A stretch of DNA of 61,599 bases, filler included, from Squatina squatina (taxonomy: Eukaryota): NCBI GenBank assembly GCA_031763465.1. It is 3 parts of 3 records of this genome, joined end to end, with 100 filler letters (N's around TTAATTAATTAA, not from the genome) between each part and the next. Parts side by side here need not be neighbours in the genome. Positions count along the whole stretch, not along the records: positions 48,421 to 61,599 come from JARFOE010000120.1; 2 more parts are not named here. One strand, 5' to 3'. Below, one piece after another: positions 48,421 through 61,599 of the stretch (position 1 is the stretch's first letter; each line of letters begins with the position of its first letter). Both the position numbers and the translations under genes were made by a program. Under the pieces are notes generated by a model. It made no database searches. It was not told the origin of the DNA and saw only the letters and a program-made list of their open reading frames with translations.

Positions 48421-50974
48421 CAGTAATGTTCTCCTGCAGATAACCTTTTCTACCACTAAGAGAGAACCACAATTTGACTGGATCTCCAACCTATCATTCA
48501 GAGCAAATCCCCATCCCACCATTCAGTGTCTCATCCAACAGTTCTAACCCACAACTCAGTGACAACCCCCAGCAGACAAGACTTTCATTTCTTTGTCTAT
48601 CCTCTTAAGATTCTTCCATTGGTCTCAGTTATGTTACCCTTTTGACAACTAAAAATGAACCATAAAATTTAGTAGTAAGTTATCAATATTCTGCCATGGT
48701 CAAAATCAGCTGAGTCAATTTAATCATTACATCTGCCCTTTACAAAGCCATGCCATGCGTGGTCTATGGAACCAGAGCTAAAATATGGTCAAGCATGCAA
48801 GTGGCACCATCCCAATTTCTATGGCTAGACTATGAATGCTCACGGTTTGATAGCCACAAATAGAAATCAATCATTGGTACCAAACCTTGCCATATATGTG
48901 CAGCCTACCTACCCCATAAAAGACAAAACTCCGCCAGATTTTTCCATTAAGTGAGTATCATGGTTTCTCATGGTTTACTGGCAATGTCATACGTAGAACA
49001 TGGTACAAAAATGGGAAACTCAATGTAAGCCATAGTTTACCTTGAATAGAAATATTGTGCACATGTTTTCAAGTATCATTCAACAGGGCCTGTAACAGAG
49101 TATTTTTTTGTGTAGAACACTCACAATTGTTTCGAGTGAGAAGCCCAGTAATACTCACTTCATTGAATTAAACCATCCAGTGTGAAGCCATCATAATCAC
49201 AGCAACAAGCAGGATTTGAGTCCCTTGACCTCTATAAGAACTGAACGATTCAATAATCCAGATGTGCTGATTGGAATCTTGACAAGTATGGCTCATAAAA
49301 TGTTACAGAATGATTATGACATTTTTAAAATTCAACCTTCAATATAGAGACAAGGAAGAATACCAAGTGACTTGAATTAGTAAATTTGCAAAAAACAAAT
49401 CGGATGAAGCTGTACTAATTTCGGTCCCGGTCACTTCTGAGACTTGAGGGTGTAAGTTGTCTGAGCCACACATTTTGTCTATTTTAAGCACACAAACCGG
49501 GGGTGCCTGTGACACGAGAAGCACATCTTGGGCACTGCCAGAGAGGGAATGCTGAAATTGTGGCAGGTGCTGGAGCTAAGGAAGGTGCTGCCCTCTCCCC
49601 AGAAAGGTGCCAATACTGTGCCATTATAAAGGGAGTTCATATTTCAAACTCTTTGGGGTGTCCAGCCTGTGCCCCAGGTATTCAGCAGATGGGTATGCTT
49701 GCTTTCACTTGGTACACCAGCCTGCTGATATCCTGCCAGGCCAGGATGAGACAGATACTACAGGACTCAATATCCATCCCCACCTCCACTCTGTATGATC
49801 TACAGGATGCATTGAAACTTACTTTGACAGCACCTTCCAGCCAAATGACATCTCCCAACGAGAAGAACAAGAACAGCAAGCTCATGGAAATACCATCACC
49901 TCCAGGTTCCCTTCCAAATCATANNNNNNNNNNNNNNNNNNNNNNNNNNNNNNNNNNNNNNNNNNNNNNNNNNNNNNNNNNNNNNNNNNNNNNNNNNNNN
50001 NNNNNNNNNNNNNNNNNNNNNNNGTATCTTGGTTTATCGTACCATCTGAAGGACGTCATCTCTAATGCAGCGCTCCTCTCGATACTGGAGTGTAATCCTA
50101 CATTGTGCTCAGGCTGAAGAATGGGACTTGAATCTACAACCTCTGTCTCCAAGGGGAAAGTACTAGCACCTAAGCCAAGCTGACTTGAATGCTAAAGGGG
50201 AGCACAATCAGGTTGGATTCTCACACTTGACAATTATGCAGTGGCGGCAATCTCTCTCCTCCCTGCTGAGAAATGCACGTTTACGGACAGGATCAGGCTC
50301 GGTTACGATTCCTCCCAAGTTTGAAAAGTCTGCTTATGCTCACTGTGTACATTCACAAATGAAGAATTGAACAAGGTACTAAAGGGTCACGGGAAGCTGT
50401 ATAACTGCACCTCAGCAGAGGTCAGCACCTTGAGAGAGTGGGAAGGGGGAGGCGGTGGGGGTGAAATAGTATTTAGAAAAGATTTTGCTCTTATTGAAAG
50501 AAAAATAAACTAGAGCACATAAATTAAATATTTTGCTTTATCTATAGCCAGAATCTGATGTGAAGTAGTTCTTGCTACTCTCGTTTAGATCAAAAAATGG
50601 AACTAGTGCTTTAAGAGGATGCTGATGTCTTTGTTCCCCTTGCAGCACACTTGCTGTGAAGCAAGATGGATGATGAATGAAAATGCCAACTGTTCCCTGA
50701 GGTGGGACGCTCTGCCTCCTGTGAGGTATAGTGCTCTCCCATTCAGAGTAATAAGTCATTTGCTCATGATTGTGTTCATGTGGTTATGATGTGTATAAAT
50801 GAAATACAGGCACATATATAAAGCATTGCAAATGCATTGGCTTTTAATTAAAGTAATTTACTTATTTACAATGGGAATGTTTGGAATATTTTATATTCCA
50901 TTTATGCTCAGATGTGCAGACAGTATCAAGGTTTGAATAATCAGAGCTATCCTACCCTCATTTGTGAAATTACC

Positions 50975-51715
50975 CATTTTATGGTGCAATTTCAAAAGGA
51001 ATGCAGGAACAGAGACACCTGGGGGTGTATGTATGCAAATCTTTGTAGGTGGCAGGACAAGTTGAGTAGGCGGTAAAAAAAAAAATCACACGGGCTCCTT
51101 GGCTTTCTTAATAGAGGAAGAGAGTATAAAAGCAAGGAAGTTATGCTAAACTTTCATAAAACACTTGCCAGGCTTCAGCTGAAGTACTGTGTTCAATTTT
51201 GAGCACCACACTTTAGGAAGGATGTCAAGGCCTTGGAGAGGGTGTAGAAGAGATTTACTAGAATAGTGCCAGGGATGAGGGGCTTCAGTGACATGGAGAG
51301 ACTGGAGAAGTTATCGTCCTTAGAACACAGAAGGTTAAGAGGAGATTTGATAGAGGGGTTCAAAATTATGAATGGTTTTGATAGAGTGAATAAGGAGAAA
51401 CTATTTCCAGTTGCACCAGGGTCAGTAACCAGATGACACAGATTTAAGGTAATTGGCAAAACAACCAGAGACAACATGAGGAAACATTTTTTTACACAGC
51501 AAGTTGTGTTCTGGAATGCACTGTCTGAAAGGGTGGTGGAAGCAGATTGAATAATAACTTTCAAAAGGGAAATTGGATAAATACTTGAAGGGAAAAAAAA
51601 TGCAGGGCTATGGGGAAAGAGCAGGGGAGTGGGACTAGTTGGATAGCTCTACCAAAGAGCTGGCACAGGCACGATGGGCTGAATGGGCCTCATTCTGTGC
51701 TATGATTCAATATGA
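50975..51715 (+). mobile_element. CR1-clade LINE 3' end (5'-truncated insertion with tail)
   Basis: YKSKEVMLNFHKTLARLQLKYCVQF*APHFRKDVKALERV...RRLRGDLIEGFKIMNGFDRVNKEKLFP, then a typical 3'UTR ending cattctgtgctatgattc. Confidence 0.9.
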
Positions 51716-54700
51716 ACTAGTCTAGGAACGTTCACACATCATCGGCTTATAATATAATCAGGGTTATTCCAGAGGTGCTGGCTGTGTCCCTTTAAGCTTT
51801 TGGTAAGGTTTTGCAAGTCTTTTAGGTTGGCATGCATGCCTACTGCAGAAAACAATGTACCTGCTTAACTGTACAAAAGTTCTTACTATGAAACACGATG
51901 GCTACTGAAATGTTCAGCACATGCAACAAAGTGCTTTTCCCACAACCTGGACTATTAATATCATAGTCATTTCTTGTACCTTCATATAGTTTGAGTGATC
52001 ACATCTACTATGACATAGTTTGCACATTATGTTATATAATTCTATGCACACAGCCTCCTTAAAAGCTTTCAAATGACCGACTGGTCTCCTGAGAGTAGAT
52101 TGGTTGCTCTCCCCACCCACCCCGCCGTCCTGCCAGTTGAAATTGGAAGTGGATGGGTTTGAGGTGAGCCAGGGTCGACTTCAAAATGTTTAAAATTTTA
52201 AGTTTCCCACCCTGCCCAAACGCACTCGTTTTAACGCCGTTGTTGTTTCCTGGGAAGGGGCTGAGCTATAAAATGCATACAGTGAGGCATTTCTTCATAT
52301 TGCAAGGTTCTGCCTTTTCTGATTATATTTCTACTGACTGCTCTGCTCGAGTCTGAAAGGTGGGATTTTTAATTAGAAGGATATGCTGATAGGGTTAAAT
52401 AAAATAGGGCGAGAGGAAGCTCGTGTGGAGCTTGAGCAACAGACTAGTTGGCCGAATGGCCGGTTTCTGTGCTGCAAACTCGACCTAATTCTATGTATTT
52501 AACGCAATACAAAGATACTTAGATTTCAATGTTGTTCATTGATAAATTCCAGACTGCACAGATTATGAAACTCCCTCTCTCTATCCAGTTACTATGGGGG
52601 AATCCAGTATGAGATCGTGTCACCCTTATGACATCATGGCAATATTCTTCATTGATCTTTAAAGGGACAGCTAACAATAACTTTCAGCTGATCAATAATG
52701 AAATGGCATATGCAGCTGAATCATTAGAGAGACCGTAATTATTTATAACTCATGTTTGAAGGTAGCCACTGATCACATGCAAGCTCTCTGATTTCTACCT
52801 CCACCTCTTCATCATGTCTTTCCTTAATTATTCATTAGTCATTTTAACGAGGAAGCAGTGCAGGAAGAATATCCATTTCATTTAAAACAGAAACACATTT
52901 CCACCAGGTAATTACTGCACTCACTGCTGTCCCTAGTGACCAGACTGCATAAGGCAGAACAAATTAAATCCTGTTCCTCTGCAACAGATTAACCCAACAG
53001 TACAGTATGTGAACACATCTGGACATTAGACTAGANNNNNNNNNNNNNNNNNNNNNNNNNNNNNNNNNNNNNNNNNNNNNNNNNNNNNNNNNNNNNNNNN
53101 NNNNNNNNNNNNNNNNNNNNNNNNNNNNNNNNNNNACCTTTAAACTCACTGCTTAAGATGTAGAATAGTGCCTGCAAGTTGGTCTCATTAGCATTTTTTG
53201 CTGTATTGTCAATCTGCTGCTTTGCTGGTGTTTCGTAAAGATCTGCAACGATCCACACACTTGTAAGTGCATTGCAGGAGACATCTCAAAAAGCTTGAAT
53301 CAAAAGTGTTTATTTTTTGTTTTCTATTTTCATGCCTGGCACATGCACACTACATCTTCAGGGACTGCTGGTGTCAGCATACAGAAGTGAAATTTCACTG
53401 CAGGAATTGATAATTGAAATCAGCTATTCTATACAGCTTCTCCCCAAGCAGGCGTGGGCTCCTGGATAGACCTGAGCACCATAAAATTCAACCTCACCTG
53501 AGGCTCAACTCATGCTGTATTGATTTGATTTCTTTTAGTGTCCGAAGGGAACAGAACTAGAATTGATTTGCATATAAATGAAGGTGAAGGCGTATCCTTT
53601 GTGTCCCGAGTTCAGACTGTGGGAAGGGTCACCAGGGGCATCTGTCAGGAAGCACTTACCGCAGGATAACCCCTTCCTGCAGCAGGCCAGAAACAATCAA
53701 GTAATGGGGACACTGAGGTAAATATCCGATCACATCTGAAATACCAAATGTCACACTTTCACCATAGAAATATGATTAGTTTAACATTTTTCAAAGAATC
53801 GCAGCTGCATATTTCAATGGATTTTGAATCTGTATTCTTCTCTGGTAACCAATTTGATTTCTAATGATTTCTTGATATTGAGAACCCTTGATNNNNNNNN
53901 NNNNNNNNNNNNNNNNNNNNNNNNNNNNNNNNNNNNNNNNNNNNNNNNNNNNNNNNNNNNNNNNNNNNNNNNNNNNNNNNNNNNNNNNNNNNAGAGCCTC
54001 AAATAGCTCCTCACTTTAATGTGCCATGACATTTGACTGTGCCACAATCGGCTTGTACATGTGAATAAACAGATCACCATCCACCAAGTGAATATGTCTA
54101 TTACTGAGAAAATAGTTCATGTTGAATTTTGGTTTGTTCTTAAATTGGTCGAAGCAGACAATGCCGATGCTGAACGAGACAGAGGTGTCAATGCAGCAAC
54201 GGCTGCCTAATTAAGTCAGTAATGTATTACGTCGGAGCAAAAGCAGAAAATCTAAAGCTGATTGTTCAGAACGCAAAACCTGCCATGGATTTCTACCCTT
54301 TATGTGTTTGGTGATGTTTCTATTTGTCTCAGTAGCGCGTTGTAAAGATCAGATTACGTGTTTGTTCAATAACAATAAAAAGCATTTGTTTTATGAGGTC
54401 ATAAAGATACTACATCTGCTAACTTTTATGGGCTGTTTATGATCCTACTGAGCATATTCTCTTCTAATGGATCAGTACCAGTGATCTGAGTCCAATTAGA
54501 TAGAAACAGAACATCTAGATTTTCGAAGCACTCATAAATAATTCCCGGGCTGTTTAAAGCAATTCCAGGCATGGCGAGGTTACTGAAAGGGGGAAATAAA
54601 TTGCAATTATTAAGATCTGCTTTGATTTCTCCATAATGTTGAAGCATTTGAATTTCATTAGGCCTGCTGATTGTGTATATATTAATATATGTATAAAATC

Positions 54701-57700
54701 TACCAGGTTATTAGGGAAGAGGGGTCACCATAGTGGGTTTGGGTTCAGATTAGGGATGGTTCTTGAAATCGGTATCCGTTAATGTGATGGTGCATGTGCC
54801 ACAGGGTTCAGAGATATCACACCATGCAAGTACGTGGAAGATGAGAGTAGGTTGGGATATCAGAGATGTCTTACTCGTAAGATTGTNNNNNNNNNNNNNN
54901 NNNNNNNNNNNNNNNNNNNNNNNNNNNNNNNNNNNNNNNNNNNNNNNNNNNNNNNNNNNNNNNNNNNNNNNNNNNNNNNNNNNNNNGCTGCCTCCACTCT
55001 GCCAATATATGCTGGCTGCATCCAGAACTCACCAGTGGTTTGGAGTGTCCCAGAATTGATCCGATTAAGTCCCCAGGGGTAAGAATTGTGTCAGTCTTGT
55101 GGTGCGCCAGCAGAGATGTGGCAATAACAAGAGTGTAGATCTAGGACGAGTGCCATATCACTGCAAATCATCCCAGGTGGCAATTTTCAATTATTTTGAG
55201 ATCAAGTAGGATTTCTCTGTATATTCAAATATAGCAGGAAGCAGATTAGAGATGCGACGGCAAATTTTATTTATAATCCTGAGCCAAGCTTCATATCCTC
55301 TTCCTGTCCATGGATAAAATGACATTGCCTTAAAATACTCTCATAAAACCAAATTGGTAGCTTAACGGAAACACAGGAACCAGAGCAGGATATTGGCCTA
55401 TCTTATTCGATCGCAAATTCTCACCCATGGGGAACGCACTATGTGAAATTTCATATGCACAAAATATCACTTTTCTTTGTCAATTAGCACTACTGGGTGG
55501 AATGGAAAATCGTGAGCTGTGTTTTCACAATTTGCTTCCTGCATACTGACTTTTCACTCAAGGGTTTTTGGGCAGTTGCGTAGCTCAGAATGGAAATTTG
55601 GCTAAGTCCCAACGGACAGTGAATGAGCAACAATCTGACGTCACAGCAAATCATTTATATTGCAAATGATTTAAAATAATTAAAACCCTGTGCATTTCAT
55701 AACCTGGCTATTTTGCCCAACTGGTCTACGCTGGGTTTCTATACCCCACACGAGTCTCCTCCCATGCAAATTGCCTCTTCATCCCTCTAATTCCTTCTCC
55801 CTGCTGTATGCAGCAAGCCTCTTGTTAGGTGCATCAATGCTATCTGCTTCAACCCAAATTCCCACCACACTCTGTACAGAAATTCTTCCTAAATTCTTTA
55901 TTTGATCTATTAGTGGTCATCTTATATTTATGCCCCCTTGTTCTGGACACACCCACAAATGGCAACAGTTTCTCTGAGAGGATAAAATGCAAAGGGGTCA
56001 AGGAATGAATCTCTGCAGCCTCCTCTTACTGTCCCAAATGTGCCCCAATGATGACTGCAGTCTTTATAAAGCTGCACTGAAGATTAATTTGGCTTAAGCG
56101 GCTCATTGCACTCTTTGAACACAATTATGCCAGAATTTACACTATTTCATATGCAAATAAACTCACCCAGGAAACTTCCATAAATGGCTCAACTTAATGG
56201 CGCAACGGGCGTCAAGGAACTGGAAGCCTTTATTTGTACACCTAAAGTTCTGATTGGTCCCCTTGTAGGATAAGACATACCCAATAGTTTCTCTGGAACG
56301 TTTAATTAGAACTGCCCTGCCTACGTAATCAGTTACTTTGCAAAGTGTAATTCGAGCCATTCTGACTGCCGACTCCAGACAGAACAGAGCTCACTTGGAA
56401 CAGACAGGACTCACCCTCATGAGTTAAGACCTTCTCCCACCCAAGTCTCTGACCTTCCTTCCCCCACCCTGGTTTCCTGACCTTCTCCCCCACCGCCCAA
56501 GTTCCCCGCCTGCCTCACCCCTGGATCCCTGACCACCCCCNNNNNNNNNNNNNNNNNNNNNNNNNNNNNNNNNNNNNNNNNNNNNNNNNNNNNNNNNNNN
56601 NNNNNNNNNNNNNNNNNNNNNNNNNNNNNNNNNNNNNNNNCATGTTAACCTTGACCATCTGGCCCTCTCAGTCTCACATCGACCTGTCTGAGCTAAAGTA
56701 CAGATACCTTTAGCTCTCCAACACTGAGCTACCAAGAACATCTAATCCTTCATCCTCAATAAATCAGCTCTGAGCAAGAGGCCCTTCCTATGTACAAGAA
56801 TCTTGTGACAATGACACTGTGTCAGAGCGCAGCGGCATGTTAAAAAATAAACATCAGATAGGAATATTCCCCAAACAGATTGCAGATCTTATTTTCATTC
56901 ACTTGCTATGGGCCTTTGAGAAGCTAAATCCAAATACAATCCAACTGCATTATCTTCAGTGAGCTGCCTTGTACTCTGGTGAATAGGATCTATCAACATA
57001 CCGCATCTCCACACCTCGTTACTTTGATCTGCTTTCTGCCATAGTAATACCTCAATGGATGAGAAGTTAAATAAGACAGGGACCAAATGTTTTGCAAAAT
57101 TACATGATGCATTTCACAGCCTGAATGGTGATTGGTCAGTGAATTTATTAATTTAACCCTTTGCTGTATGGACGAGCTCTACATTAAACAAATGCCAAGC
57201 ACAGATCCTGTCAGAGTGCAAACACCTGTTTAAATGGAAANNNNNNNNNNNNNNNNNNNNNNNNNNNNNNNNNNNNNNNNNNNNNNNNNNNNNNNNNNNN
57301 NNNNNNNNNNNNNNNNNNNNNNNNNNNNNNNNNNNNNNNNGCCTTCTTTGCCAGCCTCCGTCCCAGATAAATTTCAACTCAACCATTTCTCTGCTGCCTG
57401 CATTCTATCCCACAAGTGATCGCATATTGAAATGGGCCTGAAACAGGCAAACGTTTTAGGCATCTAGCAGTAAGCCTTTTTCAAAATGGTGCCCACCACA
57501 TCATTAGGGTGAATGGGGTGGTCAGACTACCGACCCCATTCTGAAGATGTTACCACCCTGTTAAAACATTCTGCCAGTACATGTTAAAATTGACCCCAAC
57601 CTCTTGGTGAGCTGTTATTGTTCTGTCCCAAACAAGGCCTCCCTATTTTGTCTCTCTTCACGCTGCAGATATTCACTGTGGCCCCCCTCCCTCGTGTCCA

Positions 57701-59909
57701 ACTGAATGTGCTGCCCTTCCAAAGCCAGGGTCAAGCAGAGTTCATTGGGGTTCTCTATCAGAGACCATCAGGGTGCAGTGGAAATCNNNNNNNNNNTATC
57801 ACCAGGGGAAGATTGTGACTACTATAGGGTAAGGTCAATGTTCTCATGTAATGTTACAGCTTAGGTTCTGCGCAATGTTTCTCAGCCAGCGTGTACAAAA
57901 GGTTTAGTATAAACCATCTGTTTAGTTTGCAAATACGGCAACAAAATCAGGATTCAGGTCAGACACAAACTGGAAATGAGTTTCTTCTACTTAAACCGAT
58001 CCTGCAAATCCCTCATCAGCTGGGGATGTTTGAATGAGGAAATTATTCTGCATTTTTATTACAGCAGGTAATTTAAAAGAAAGCCAATGTTCAAATTATA
58101 TGAGGTCAGATTTCCTCTGAAGAGTTTGGATTTTATGTTCTACATGTGTCTGGGCTGATATATATTTACAGAAATATATTATATAGCTGTGCTTGGCAGA
58201 AGGGACTCGCCAGAAAACCCCCTAAGCTACAATTAGGTATTTCAGCTCAGTTCTAATTTGGGTATCATCCTGTCTTCGATTGGCACCTTTATAGAATGAC
58301 GTGGGACTGGCTGCTCAATTATATCGATAGCTCCCATTTAACTCTCACTGAATAAGGACAGATCTCTACATATTCATGCTTGCAAACTTGCGAAAGAAAT
58401 AATTCTTTATTCCACAAGTGTGAGCAAAAATCACATGATTATCTACCACATATTTTCAATAAAAGCATTAACATTTCTTACTGCATAACAATAATTTACA
58501 TTTAGATAGTGCCGTTAATATATAAAAAAGGCCCAAGTCGTTCATGGGAATCGAACAAAAAAATTGCCATCAAGCCAAAGAAAGAGACATTAGGACAGGT
58601 GACCAAAAGCTTGGTTAAAGAGGTAGGTTTTAAGCAGAGCCTTAAAGGAGGAGAGTCAGTGAGGTTTGAGGAGGTAATTCCAGAGCTTGGGGCCTAAATG
58701 GCTGAAGGCACGGCCACCAATGGTGGGGCGAAGGAAGTGAGGTTGCACAAGAGGCCAGAATTCTTGGTGGGTTGTAGGACTGGAGGAGGTTACAGAGATA
58801 GGGAGTGGCGAGGCCATGGAGGAATTTAAACATGAGAATGAGAATTTTAAACAGAGTGATTATCTGCACGAACATTTTTGTGTTCTTCTGCGCATGCGTG
58901 CCATGGATTCCGCCCCTTTCAGTCACGCATGCGCAGNNNNNNNNNNNNNNNNNNNNNNNNNNNNNNNNNNNNNNNNNNNNNNNNNNNNNNNNNNNNNNNN
59001 NNNNNNNNNNNNNNNNNNNNNNNNNNNNNNNNNNNNGGTTCTAAACTCTAAGCCTACCCGGCTGAAATGAAGTAATTGAAATGAGAACGTTTTTTGATTG
59101 AGCAATGTTTTTTCTTTGTATTTCCAGCAGGAGAATCATTGAGTAGGAACAATGTGCTGATTCAATCAGGAGTGACATTAACAGTTGTGAGGTGGCAACA
59201 TAAAATACAAGTTGCATAAGAGATTGCGTGCTCAAAATTAGAGCGATTCCGTGCACCAGTTCCATCAGAGATGCAGTTCAGTAATGGTGGTGGCAAATAT
59301 GTTGAGATGAATAATGAAGTGGTCCTTTTATAGTAAGTCATAGGCCATCTGGGTCACCAACATGGTCTGTGGAATACAAAGTCTTTGGTGAGACATGGTT
59401 GGAGGGATGCGTTTTATTTTTAGTGAAAGCTCTCATTTTTAGCACCCACAGTAGAATTGCTTGGTCAATGTCTTACAGTTCCATAACATGGTGGGGGAAA
59501 GGGATCTGAAGGAGATACCATTGACTTAATTTATGGATGTATAGAAAAGCCTCTCTGTGATATCAGTCTTTGTGGAGTAAACAGCTCCTTTGGCTATATG
59601 CTTAAAAAAAATTAATGACGTGTAAAAAATGTAACAATGTGTTTGTGGTGGAATAGCAACTTTAGCAACACTGTTTGTTTTAAACAGCTGCTTGCTGTTA
59701 GGACTGTTAGATATTGTGGGCTGTTATGGAGGGGGATTTATTTTACGGGGGACAAATTGTGTTTTGTTTCATTGTGAAAGAAGCAAAGCTTTTTGGATCA
59801 TTCATCAGATTGGTTTGCTGATTTAAATTGCTAATGGTTTCATCAACATAGCAGAGGTTTTTTGTAAATTAAATGAGCTAATATCCATTGTAAATGTATA
59901 GTTCCACCT

Positions 59910-60850
59910 CATCATAGAAATTACAGTATAGAAGGAAGCTGTTCGGATCATCATGCCAGTGTTAGCTCTTCAACTGGATCTATCTATGCTAATCCCATTT
60001 TTCCAAATCTTTTTATATTAGTTTTCCAATACTTCACCCTTTTAAATGATGTTATGGGCTATGCATCCATAGAAACTTGTGATTAAGAACTGTACTTTCT
60101 AATAAACCTGGTTAAAAACGTCTTCTGGTTTACTCTTGACTCTTCTAGCAACAATTCTTAGTATATCTCAATGTTTTACCAATTTTCCAACGAGTCGAAA
60201 CACTTTCATAATTTTGAAGATCTCTATTAGATGTCCCCTTAACCTTCATTATTCCAATACTGAGGGAATCAAAAAGGCACTAATTTTTCCAAGTTTTGTT
60301 CTTAACTATTACCTTTCATTCATGGTATCATTCTAATTAATTTTCACAGTACCGTTTCCATGATTTGAATATTCCCCCTGTAACAACATGTAATAACTGT
60401 ACAGAATACTCCCACCTGTGACTTTGTCAATATCTTGTATAAATTCAACATCACTTCCTTTTATATTCAATACACCATGCATAAAACCCAGAACCTCATT
60501 TGCTTTTTTATAGTCTTTTCTACTTGCACTTCCACATTTAAAGATCTACGTATTCGTACCCCTCGATCTCTGGGTTACATCAATCTGTTAGGACTATTAC
60601 TACTTAGAATATACTTCATTACTGTTCTTCTTCCCAAAATGCACTACCTCATGTGTCTGCATTAAACATGTTCCACCTATCTGCCCACTCCAATAAGCTA
60701 TTTATGTCTTCCTGAAGTTTCCTGCGTTCTTCGTTACCCGTTGCAATGCTCGCTAATTTGATATCATCAGTCAACTTTAATATTATTCTTGTGCTTATGT
60801 CCAAATCATTTACGGAAATGTAAAAGCAAAAGAGGTCCCAGCACAAATCA
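59910..60850 (-). mobile_element. Old, diverged CR1-clade LINE 3' part
   Basis: Reverse strand FYISVNDLDISTRIILKLTDDIKL...RRKLQEDINSLLEWADRW (degenerate FADD motif region), followed by decayed C-terminal and tail sequence. Confidence 0.75.
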
Positions 60851-61599
60851 CTGTAGATTCCACATAACAGTGTAGACACAAGGGTAGAGGGATTTGTGAA
60901 GAGCTGTGCACTAGTGCATGAATGTGCTATGCCATGGTTCATGCCTATGATTCTATACAGCTTATCCAATCTAATTGCCAAACAGACACCAAGCAAAGGG
61001 AAGAGAAAGAAACAACTTACATTAGATACCGTGTTTCACACCCTCTGGATGTCCCAAAGCACTTTAGAAACAATGAATTATTGTTTAACTGTTGTTCTGT
61101 AGGAAAACTCACTTTGTGCCAATTTTTCACATAGTAAATGAGGTAACTGGATAATTAATCTTTTTTGGAGGTGTTAGTTGAGGGCTGGCAAGAACCCCGG
61201 GAAAGCTTCAAAATCATACCATGGGATCTTTTACTTCCACTTGAAGAGGTGGACAGAGCCTAGTTCAAATGTCTGATCTGAAAGACAGCACTTCTGAAAA
61301 TGCAACATTCCCTCAGTAGTGCACTGAAGTGTCATCTTAAATTACACGCTCAAATTCCCACAATCTTCCAACTCAGAAACCAGAGCACGACCAGTCAGCC
61401 AAACTTAGGTGGCTTCAAAACAGCATGGCTAAATGGTTGACTACAAGTCAATCATGTGTCTTCCGAATGAGGGTGAGACAGGACCTGGCACCGAAAAACA
61501 TAATAATGCAATGCAAAAAAATAAATAACAGAAACATCAACTGTGAAGGTTTAAAGTAGAGTGTGACTGAAGTGAAAGATGAAGCAATCTGTCTCAGCG

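Noticed and set aside
53583-53717. Open plus-strand stretch ending at a gtaaat donor
   Set aside because: No pyrimidine tract at the acceptor and no recognisable peptide.

Overview
Vertebrate nuclear DNA, most likely an elasmobranch (shark or ray) judging by its repeats (abundant CR1-type LINE tails, DeuSINE/SacSINE1-like SINEs, L2 ends, Harbinger remnants). The assembly is very fragmented: about 50 short contigs joined mostly by 100-N gaps, plus two artificial N44-TTAATTAATTAA-N44 linkers at 29304-29403 and 48321-48420, so spacing and adjacency across gaps are unreliable. Block 1 (1-29303) holds the last exon of a LUC7L/LUC7L2-family gene (+), four EPHB2 exons (-), the terminal collagen+gC1q exons of C1QB and C1QA (-), a tandem array of three two-exon mucin CysD/WxxW-type (CILP N-terminus-like) units (-; the third has a premature stop), a decayed Harbinger Myb/SANT element and the BTB exon of ZBTB40 (+). 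Block 2 (29404-48320) holds the last exon of PLXDC1, two ARL5C exons and the last exon of CACNB1 (all -), as in human 17q12. Block 3 (48421-61599) has no recognisable gene, only repeats and possible regulatory DNA. The most unusual feature is the recently duplicated CysD/WxxW exon array lying directly 5' of, on the same strand as, and splice-phase compatible with the C1QA collagen/gC1q exon. Gene names come from recalled similarity to human proteins; no database search was run.
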